From contig JAVJQW010000062.1 of assembly GCA_040218735.1 (NCBI GenBank), forward strand, positions 64,001 to 128,000: a DNA stretch of 64,000 bases, read 5' to 3'. The notes under the pieces were generated by a model, which ran no database searches, was not told the DNA's origin, and worked only from the letters and a program-made list of their open reading frames with translations. Positions 12,966-20,755 of the stretch are shown in pieces; the stretch's first letter is position 1, and each line of letters begins with the position of its first letter. The stretch is from Deltaproteobacteria bacterium. Its GTDB lineage: Bacteria; Myxococcota; Kuafuiibacteriia; Kuafuiibacteriales; Kuafuiibacteriaceae. Position numbers and translations under genes: made by a program.

Positions 12966-15900
12966 ATGAAGAACACAAGACGCGTGCGATGCACGCTCGC
13001 CGCGCTGGGCCTCGCCGCGGCCCTGACGACCACGACCCACGCACACGCCGCGACGCCGATCGCGCTCGCGCCACAGATCGAAGCCTACGGCCGCGAATAC
13101 GAAGAGCCGTACTGGGCCAAGGACGGCCTCGTCATCACGCTCGGCGGGCTCCTGAAGCAGAAGTCACCGCACAAGTGGGATCGGCTCGGCACGCTCCCGC
13201 CCGAGGCGCGGCCCACGCAATCCGTGGTCTTCGACGCCAACAGCCACCACGGTCGGGTGCGAATCACGATCCGCGCCGACGGCGACATCCTCGCGTACCC
13301 GACGCCCGGGCAGATCTCCCACGGCTGGATCAGCCTCTCCGGCATCACGTACCCCGCGACGCCCGGCACCCAGATCAACCTGCGCTCGGGCGTGACGCCC
13401 TACGGCGGGCGCTTCAAGGAGCCGCGCTGGTACCGACAGGACGGCGCCGTCTTCCTCCAGGGCATGTTGATCGACAAGACGAAGCGGTGGGGTCACGTCG
13501 CGACGCTCCCCAAGGGCGCGCGCCCGACGCAGCGGCTGATCTTCAACGCCAACAGCCACGGGGAGGACGTCCGGGTCGACGTGCTCGAAGACGGTCAGAT
13601 CACGGTGAGCGCGGCGACGGGGCCGGTGGCGAAGTGGGTCAGCCTCGGTGGGATTTCGTTCCCCCTGAAGGCGGGGCGCGCGCTCCCGCTCGCGCGCGGC
13701 AGCAAGCCGCTGGGCGCCGCGTACGGCGGCGTCTCGTACTCGACGTACGGCGACCGCGTGATGCTCTCCGGGGCGCTCGTCTCGGCCGGCAAGAAGTTCG
13801 GGACGGTCGCGACGCTACCGCCGTCGCTGCGTCCGACCGAGAGGCTGATCTTCCACGGCAACAGCCACGCCGAGGCGATGCGGATCGACGTGCACCCCGA
13901 CGGCCGGGTGATCGTGAACGCGGCGACCGGGCCCAAGGCGCAGACCTGGATCAGCCTCTCGAACGTCGTCTTCGACAAGAGCGGCACGCGCGCGGTGGCG
14001 CAGACGTTCCGCAACGTCGACATCCGAAACGGCGGAGGCCTCTGCCTCGACCTCGCCGGCCCGCACCACGAAGCGAAGAAACAAGGCGGAAAGGTCCAGG
14101 GTTGGAGCTGCAACGGCCAGGACAACCAGCGGTGGAGCCTCGTCGGCGGGCGCATCGAGTCCACCAACGGGCTCTGCCTCGACGTCGTCCGGCCCGCCAT
14201 GACCGAGCCCGGCGCGAAGGTTCAGGTGTGGTCGTGCCACGACAAGGCCAACCAGCAGTGGCGGCTGGACGCCGAGGGCCGGCTCGTCAACGGCGGCGGC
14301 CTGTGCCTCGACATCGTCCGCGGCGCGATGAAGGACAACGGCGCGCGCGTGCAGGTCTGGAGCTGCAACGACCTGCCGAACCAGAAGTGGGCGATGGTGG
14401 AGGCGAAACCCAGCGCTCCGAAGCCGTCGACGAAGGTCACGCATCACATCCCGCCGCCGAAGGACGGTGCGATGGTCGAGGTCCGAACGACGGTCCCGGG
14501 GACGAACGGCAAGTGGCTTCGTGTCCGCTACGCGAACGATCTCTACTGGATGGAGGACGTACCCATCACGCCCTCTTCCGTGTACGCGATCAAGGGCGGG
14601 CCGAGCGTCGAGCTCCCTTCACACCTGACGGTCGACGCATCCGACAGCTCGAGGTGGGACGGCGGAGTCATCCCCTATGAGATCGCCGCGAATCACCCGT
14701 TCACGAAGACGATCGAAAGCGGAATCGGCCACATCAACGCGCTGACCAATCTGAACATCCGGCCCAAGAAGTCATCGGATGACTATTGGGTAAGCATCAT
14801 TCACGACAACAGCGGCGCGATGCCGGCGTGTTCGTCGTTCGTGGGCCGCCTCGCGATCACCCACCAGCCACAGCGACTCAACCTCGCCCTGGGGTGTAAC
14901 CGCGTCGGAACCGTCGTCCACGAGCTCCTTCACGCGGCTGGGTTTCATCACGAACAGAACCGAAGCGACAGAGACGAGCACCTGCAGATCGTCCTTGCGA
15001 ACATCGACCCCAACCACCACCACAACTTCGACAATGCCTTTGGGTACGACGTGACCCCCTACGACGTGGGCTCGGTCATGCACTACGGCTGGATGGACTT
15101 CGCGAAGGACCCGGTGAACATCTACGTCACGATCGACATCCCCAAAGTGGGCCGAGTGCAGTTCGCGAACATGACCGAGTATTACGTAGCCACCCGCAGG
15201 GCGGCGATACTCTCCCATTACGGGGTCTCCCATAACCTGAAGATGGGTACGGCGAAGAGGCTGAGCGCGATGGACATCGTGGGTATCAACCGCGTCTATC
15301 CGAAGCCGACGACCCACGCAGAGCTACGGCCGGAGATCGTCGTCTACCAGCACACCGGGTACGGCGGACGGTCGGTGCGACTGGTTGATTCCGTGCCGAA
15401 CCTGAAGAGTCGTGCGGGCTGGATCAACGACGCCGCGTCGTCGATCGAAGTCATCTCCGGTCAGTGGAGCATGTACACGAACTTCTCGTTCAAGGGGACG
15501 CGCTACGACGTCACGCCCTTGGGCGGAAGCAAGGAGAACGGGCGATACGGCGACCCCGGTCATTGGGGTGGATCGCACGACAAGGTGTCATCGGTGCACC
15601 TGAGATCCGCTGACAAATCCGACTTCGCCTACGATGGTGATCCCATCGCGCTGCGCTTCAAGACCTGCGGTGACTGCTTCCTCCAGCTCGCGACGGACAC
15701 GGATCCTCCCACCTTCGTGGTGGGCCCCATTCGAGGCGGGGATGTGGACAGCGCGTCGTTCATCGCGCGCCGCGAGAAGTTCCCGGTCGGTAACGGTGTG
15801 GCGCTCGAATCCGTCGCCGTGCCGGGGGTGTTCATCTATCAGGGCGTCTACGGCGACATCGTCCCGTGGAACGAGGCCAGCGCCGACGCGGACTTCGGAC

Positions 15901-16157
15901 GGCGCGTCACGTTCACCGCGCGCGTCGCGCAGCCTGGCTCGGGCCCCAAGATCATCTCGCTGTACGGCGCCAAGGGCTTCGTGACCGCAGGGGCACAGAA
16001 GGACTTTCCGACGCGCGTCCAAGCGGACGGTCAGTGGCAGCCCGGCCCGACGTTCCCGGCCCACGCGGTCTCGAGCGTCGAGGACGGCGTCGTGCCGAAC
16101 AGCGGCTGGGGGCCCCACGCGTTCGAGGTGGTCCCGGCGGAGGCGGTCACGCGCTGA
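12966..16157 (+). CDS. Secreted multidomain astacin (M12A) metalloprotease with 3 RBP-like repeats, ricin-B lectin, beta/gamma-crystallin and AbfB-like domains
   Basis: AGGAGG RBS and signal peptide. HELLHAAGFHHEQNRSDRD plus SVMHY Met-turn; three QxW ricin repeats; YQHTGYGG..ASSIEV..W..Y..F.G crystallin pattern. Confidence 0.85.
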   Translation: MKNTRRVRCTLAALGLAAALTTTTHAHAATPIALAPQIEAYGREYEEPYWAKDGLVITLGGLLKQKSPHKWDRLGTLPPEARPTQSVVFDANSHHGRVRITIRADGDILAYPTPGQISHGWISLSGITYPATPGTQINLRSGVTPYGGRFKEPRWYRQDGAVFLQGMLIDKTKRWGHVATLPKGARPTQRLIFNANSHGEDVRVDVLEDGQITVSAATGPVAKWVSLGGISFPLKAGRALPLARGSKPLGAAYGGVSYSTYGDRVMLSGALVSAGKKFGTVATLPPSLRPTERLIFHGNSHAEAMRIDVHPDGRVIVNAATGPKAQTWISLSNVVFDKSGTRAVAQTFRNVDIRNGGGLCLDLAGPHHEAKKQGGKVQGWSCNGQDNQRWSLVGGRIESTNGLCLDVVRPAMTEPGAKVQVWSCHDKANQQWRLDAEGRLVNGGGLCLDIVRGAMKDNGARVQVWSCNDLPNQKWAMVEAKPSAPKPSTKVTHHIPPPKDGAMVEVRTTVPGTNGKWLRVRYANDLYWMEDVPITPSSVYAIKGGPSVELPSHLTVDASDSSRWDGGVIPYEIAANHPFTKTIESGIGHINALTNLNIRPKKSSDDYWVSIIHDNSGAMPACSSFVGRLAITHQPQRLNLALGCNRVGTVVHELLHAAGFHHEQNRSDRDEHLQIVLANIDPNHHHNFDNAFGYDVTPYDVGSVMHYGWMDFAKDPVNIYVTIDIPKVGRVQFANMTEYYVATRRAAILSHYGVSHNLKMGTAKRLSAMDIVGINRVYPKPTTHAELRPEIVVYQHTGYGGRSVRLVDSVPNLKSRAGWINDAASSIEVISGQWSMYTNFSFKGTRYDVTPLGGSKENGRYGDPGHWGGSHDKVSSVHLRSADKSDFAYDGDPIALRFKTCGDCFLQLATDTDPPTFVVGPIRGGDVDSASFIARREKFPVGNGVALESVAVPGVFIYQGVYGDIVPWNEASADADFGRRVTFTARVAQPGSGPKIISLYGAKGFVTAGAQKDFPTRVQADGQWQPGPTFPAHAVSSVEDGVVPNSGWGPHAFEVVPAEAVTR

Positions 16158-16167
16158 ACCGCCCGCC

Positions 16168-17697
16168 CTACTCTTCCTCGTCGTCGATCTTCTTCGCGCG
16201 CATCTGCAGCCGCACGAAGTTCCGCACCCCGTTCACGTCGAACGGCTTCTCGATCTGGTAGTTGTCGACCTGCGCCAGGAACTCGTGCATCCGCGCGTCC
16301 ACCGGTCCGCCGGTCATGAAGACGATGCGGCTGGTCAGGTCGGGGCGGTGCTCCTTCACCCACCGGTACACGTCGACGCCCGTCCGGTCCGGCATGATCA
16401 GGTCGCAGAAGATCAGGTCCGGCTCGACGTTCGGGTCCTCGAGCAGCTCGATCGCCTCGGTGCCGCTCTTCGAGATCCGCACCGCGTGTTCCTTGAGCGC
16501 GCGCCCGAGCGCGGTCCCGACGAACGGCTCGTCGTCGACGATCAGGATCCGTGCGGGCTTCGAGTCGCCGGTGGGCTCCGGCGCGTTGAACACCGGCGTC
16601 CGCTCCTCGTCGTCGTCGTCGCGCGCGGCCGGGAGATAGACCCGGAACGTCGCGCCCTCGCCGAGCACGCTGTCGACGGTGATGCGCCCGTGCATCTCCT
16701 TCACGATGCTGTGCGCGATCGTCAGGCCGAGGCCGCTGCCGATGCCGATCGGCTGCGCGGTGAGGAACGTGTCGAAGACGTGCCCGATCCGCTCGGGCGG
16801 GATGCCCGGCCCGGTGTCCGAGAGGGTGATGACGACGCGGTTCTTGTCGTCGAGGTGCGTCGCGACGCGGATCTCGTTGCCCGCCGCCTGGCCGTCCTGG
16901 AGGGCGTGCGCCGCGTTGAGCAACAGGTTCAGGACGACCTGCGCGAGCTTCGACGCCCGGACGTTCACCGGCGGGACGTGCTGGAAGTCGCGGACGAGCT
17001 TCGCGCGCTGCCGGATCTGCGGGTACGCCATCGCGATCGCGCTCTCGATGGCCTCCTCGACCGACACGGGGCCGACCCCGCGCTCCATCGGCGAGGCGAA
17101 CAGGTGCAGGTCCTTCACGATCTTCGCCGCGCGGTCGACCTCCGTGCGCGCCTCCGCGAGCGCCTCGCCGACCTCCTGCGTGATCTCGGAGGACGGATCC
17201 TTCACGATGCCGTCGAGCTGCTCCGCGGCGAACGCGATGTTCCCCGCGACCGCGGAGAGCGGGTTGTTGACCTCGTGGGCGACCCCGGCCGCGAGGGCGC
17301 CGACCGACATCGCGCGGTCGGCGACGAGGATGCGCGCCTGCAGCTTGCGCAGGTTCGTGATGTCGCGGCTGACGAACGCGTGCGAGACGACTGCGCCGAA
17401 CTGCCGAGGCGGAAGTGGCGTCACCTCCAGCGCGATGGTGTCGCCGTTGGCCTTGAGGAAACGGAACTCACCGTCCTTGCGCTGGTCGAAGCGCTGCGAC
17501 GCGAGCCAGCTCGCCATGAGCGGCCGGTCGCCGTCGTGGATGTCGTCCAACATCTTGCGGCCGGTGTGTCCCGACGCGGGACGACCGAGCTGCTCCGCCC
17601 ACGCCTGATTGACGTACACGTAGCGACCGTCCGCGAGGAGAGCGACGCCATACGGCATGACGTCGATGAGAGCGGCAAAACGTTCCGGAGAGAGCAT
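16168..17697 (-). CDS. Hybrid sensor kinase PAS-HisKA-HATPase-REC
   Basis: AGVAHEVNNPL, QVVLNLLLNA, DTGPGI, GSGLGL; receiver ILIVDDE..CDLIMPD. Confidence 0.9.
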   Translation of the reverse strand: MLSPERFAALIDVMPYGVALLADGRYVYVNQAWAEQLGRPASGHTGRKMLDDIHDGDRPLMASWLASQRFDQRKDGEFRFLKANGDTIALEVTPLPPRQFGAVVSHAFVSRDITNLRKLQARILVADRAMSVGALAAGVAHEVNNPLSAVAGNIAFAAEQLDGIVKDPSSEITQEVGEALAEARTEVDRAAKIVKDLHLFASPMERGVGPVSVEEAIESAIAMAYPQIRQRAKLVRDFQHVPPVNVRASKLAQVVLNLLLNAAHALQDGQAAGNEIRVATHLDDKNRVVITLSDTGPGIPPERIGHVFDTFLTAQPIGIGSGLGLTIAHSIVKEMHGRITVDSVLGEGATFRVYLPAARDDDDEERTPVFNAPEPTGDSKPARILIVDDEPFVGTALGRALKEHAVRISKSGTEAIELLEDPNVEPDLIFCDLIMPDRTGVDVYRWVKEHRPDLTSRIVFMTGGPVDARMHEFLAQVDNYQIEKPFDVNGVRNFVRLQMRAKKIDDEEE

Positions 17698-17698
17698 C

Positions 17699-18343
17699 TC
17701 AGGGGGGCGACCCGAATTGTATGCCCACCCCGCCCTGCCAGACGACCCCCTCCCACGATTCTACGTCCACGGCGTAGGGGGCCAGGACCCCGAGCTCGGG
17801 GAAGAGGACCCAGGTGTCGACCGTGAAGCGCAGCCCGAGCGTGCCCCCGACGCCCAGCAGCAGCGTGCCCACGTCCGGCCGGCCGCCCGTCACCGTCTCC
17901 GCCGGGGACGTCTGGAGGTGGACCCGGGGCGCCGCGACGAGCTCCGCCGACCCGATCTGCAGGCCCAGGAGGACCGGGAGCCCGAAGCTCGCGTACGGGA
18001 CGATGTCCTCGTCGGTGCCGAACGGCGCGAACCCGATCCCGGTCGAGGGGAGGATCGCGACGGAGAGCCGGCCCGTGACGAGCGTCATCTTGGTGTTGAA
18101 CTCCCCGCCGAAGACGCCGACCTTGCCGCCGATGTCGACGCGCTCCGTCAAACCGTGGCGCACCGTGAACTCGAAGTTCGGAACGGTCCGGTTGGCGCCG
18201 GCCGGCTGGAGCACCTGAACGTCCAGGTTGAAGCCGTAGCGCGTCTCACCGGGTGGTGTGGGGCGCGGGCTGACGCGCGTCGAGTAGGACGCGCAGCCGG
18301 CCGAGAGGACCGCGGCGGCGGCGAGCCATCGAGCGCCCCTCAT
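17699..18343 (-). CDS. Hypothetical outer-membrane beta-barrel-type lipoprotein
   Basis: Lipobox LSAGC, amphipathic beta strands, near-terminal GIQF. Confidence 0.65.
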   Translation of the reverse strand: MRGARWLAAAAVLSAGCASYSTRVSPRPTPPGETRYGFNLDVQVLQPAGANRTVPNFEFTVRHGLTERVDIGGKVGVFGGEFNTKMTLVTGRLSVAILPSTGIGFAPFGTDEDIVPYASFGLPVLLGLQIGSAELVAAPRVHLQTSPAETVTGGRPDVGTLLLGVGGTLGLRFTVDTWVLFPELGVLAPYAVDVESWEGVVWQGGVGIQFGSPP

Positions 18344-18411
18344 GCGGGGAACGCTCGGCAAAATCGACCCCGCCGTCAACGTGCTGTAAGAAGGGGCGGC
18401 AGGCGCTGGCG

Positions 18412-19797
18412 ATGGAGCGACTGGGTCGATATCAGCTGTTGCGCTCGCTCGCCTCTGGCGGGATGGGCGAGATCTACCTCGCGGAGCACACGGGGATCGC
18501 GGGGTTCGCGAAGCGCGTCGCGCTGAAGCGGATCCGCCCCGAGCTCGCGCGCGACACGAGCTACGTGCAGCTGTTCTTGAACGAAGCGCGTGTCGGCTCG
18601 TTCCTCAACCACCCCAACATCGTGCACATCTTCGACGTCGGCCACGCGGACGGCCAGCTGTGGCTGGTGATGGAGTACGTGTCGGGCGTCGATCTGAAGC
18701 GCCTACAGCGCCGCGCGGTGCTCGCCGGGGCGCCGCTGCCGCCCGCGATGATCGCGTGGATCGTCGTCGAGGTCCTCGCCGCGCTCGCGGAGGCGCACGC
18801 GGGTGGGCCGTTCCTCGGTGCGCCGATCGTTCACCGCGACATGTCGCCGGAGAACATCCTCATCGCCCGCAGCGGCGCGGTGAAGGTGTTGGACTTCGGA
18901 CTGGCGAAGTGGATGCCGGCGTCCGAGCGCGTGCCTTCGATGGAAGGCAACATGATCTTCGGCAAGGTCCGCTACATGCCGCCGGAGCAGCTCAAGGGCC
19001 ACTTCATCGACGCGCGCGCCGACCTCTTCTCGCTCGGCGTCGTCATGTACGAGGCGCTCCACGGCGCGCTCCCCTTCGGACGCGGCTCCGCGAACCAGGT
19101 CCTCGCAAACATCATGGCCGGGCCGCCGCCCTCCCCGACCAAGGAGCGCTACGGCGTCGACCACGAGCTGGACGCGATCATCCTGCAAGCCCTCGAGCCG
19201 CGCGCCGAGGATCGATTCCAGACCGCGGAAGAGATGCGCGAGACGCTCGTCGAGTACCTCCGCGGGCGACCGCTGGAGCTCCCGATGGAGACGCTCCGTC
19301 GGAAGCTCAAGCGCGGCAGCCCGCTCACCGTGTCGAGCGGTGGGTCGAGCCAGACGAACCCGGGCGGCCGGGAGGAGCACACCCCCACCGAGATCGCGCT
19401 GTCCGTCGCGGAGCGGTGCGGCAAGTGCGGCGGTGACTTCTCGGCGCTGTTCCTCGACGGGATGATCGTCGACCGCTGCAACGCGTGCCGCGGCGTGTGG
19501 CTGGATCACTCGGAGATCGATCGCATCCTCGGGCAGGCGTCGGAGTCGGCGCCGACCATGCTCCCCGGGCAGAAGTTCTCGCAGGCGCCGCTCGACGAGC
19601 TCGTCGGCTCGTGTCCGACGTGCCGCGTCGGCTTGGTCGCCCACTCGGTGCCCGGGCAGCCGGCGTCGCTCGAGATCTGCCCGAACTGCTTCGGGGTGTG
19701 GTTCGACCACGAGGAGCTTCGACTGCTGTCCCACGACGACGTGGTGACGTGGCTCAGGTACTTGCTCGACAGCTTGCGTGTGGGCCGCGCGAAGTAG
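18412..19797 (+). CDS. Ser/Thr protein kinase with two C-terminal zf-TFIIB-type zinc ribbons
   Basis: GGMGEIY, VALK, HRDMSPEN, DFG, YMPPE; two CxxC..CxxCxGVWxDxxE modules. Confidence 0.9.
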   Translation: MERLGRYQLLRSLASGGMGEIYLAEHTGIAGFAKRVALKRIRPELARDTSYVQLFLNEARVGSFLNHPNIVHIFDVGHADGQLWLVMEYVSGVDLKRLQRRAVLAGAPLPPAMIAWIVVEVLAALAEAHAGGPFLGAPIVHRDMSPENILIARSGAVKVLDFGLAKWMPASERVPSMEGNMIFGKVRYMPPEQLKGHFIDARADLFSLGVVMYEALHGALPFGRGSANQVLANIMAGPPPSPTKERYGVDHELDAIILQALEPRAEDRFQTAEEMRETLVEYLRGRPLELPMETLRRKLKRGSPLTVSSGGSSQTNPGGREEHTPTEIALSVAERCGKCGGDFSALFLDGMIVDRCNACRGVWLDHSEIDRILGQASESAPTMLPGQKFSQAPLDELVGSCPTCRVGLVAHSVPGQPASLEICPNCFGVWFDHEELRLLSHDDVVTWLRYLLDSLRVGRAK

Positions 19798-19800
19798 CGC

Positions 19801-20421
19801 TCACATCTCGCGGCGGCCGGCGAGCGCCTGCGAGATGGTCGCGGGATCCGCGTACTCGAAGTCCCCACCGATCGGCAGGCCCGACGCGATGCGGGTGACG
19901 CGGTAGCCCAGCGGCGCGAGCATCTTCTTGAGGTACAGCGCGGTGGCCTCCCCTTCCACGCTCGGGTTGGTCGCGATGATCAGCTCCTCGACCTCCGAGG
20001 TGGGCGCCTGGAGGCGCAGGAAGAGCTCCTTCATCTTGAGCTCGTCCGGGCCGATGCCTTCGAGCGGCGCGAGCGTGCCGTGCAGGACGTGGAACTGGCC
20101 GCGGTACTCGTTGCTCTTCTGGATCGCGCGGAGGTCCTGCACGGTCTCGACGACGCAGATCGTCTTCCCGTCGCGCCGGGCGTCGAGGCACAGCGTGCAC
20201 AGCGAGCCGTCGGTGAGGTTCATGCAGCGCTCGCAGAAGCCGACCTTCTCGGTCGCTTCGAGGAGCGCTTCGGCGAGGCCGCGGGCGTAGTCGGCGCCCT
20301 GGCGAAGGACGAAGAACGCGAGGCGGGTCGCCGACTTCTCCCCGATCCCCGGGAGGCGGGAGAACGCCTGGATGAGGCGCGCGATGGGATCGACGCGCCG
20401 CGCTTCGTCCGCGTGAGGCAT
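19801..20421 (-). CDS. recR: Recombination mediator RecR
   Basis: LPGIGEKSA, C4 zinc finger, Toprim IIATNPSVEGEATA. Confidence 0.97.
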   Translation of the reverse strand: MPHADEARRVDPIARLIQAFSRLPGIGEKSATRLAFFVLRQGADYARGLAEALLEATEKVGFCERCMNLTDGSLCTLCLDARRDGKTICVVETVQDLRAIQKSNEYRGQFHVLHGTLAPLEGIGPDELKMKELFLRLQAPTSEVEELIIATNPSVEGEATALYLKKMLAPLGYRVTRIASGLPIGGDFEYADPATISQALAGRREM

Positions 20422-20429
20422 CCGACGCT

Positions 20430-20738
20430 TCAGAACATGCCGGGGAGCGCCATGCCGCCGGTCACCTTGGCCAGCTCCGACTGCATCATCTCGTTGGCGC
20501 GTTGGAGGGCCTGGTTCGTCGCGGCGGCGACGAGGTCCTGGAGCATCTCGATCTCCTCGGGATCGACGACCTCCTTCTCGATCTTCACCGACTGGATCTC
20601 GCTGCGGCCGTTGCAGACCACGACGACCATGCCGCCGCCCGCGCTCCCCTCGACCGTCTTGTTGCCGGCCTCTTCGCGGATCTTCTCGATCTTGTTCTGC
20701 ATGCGCTTCGCCTCGCGCATCATGCTCTGCAAATCCAT
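20430..20738 (-). CDS. ybaB: YbaB/EbfC nucleoid-associated protein
   Basis: GSAGGGMVVV, EMLQDLVAAATNQAL; located between dnaX and recR. Confidence 0.95.
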   Translation of the reverse strand: MDLQSMMREAKRMQNKIEKIREEAGNKTVEGSAGGGMVVVVCNGRSEIQSVKIEKEVVDPEEIEMLQDLVAAATNQALQRANEMMQSELAKVTGGMALPGMF

Positions 20739-20755
20739 GGACCTACTCCTGGCTC

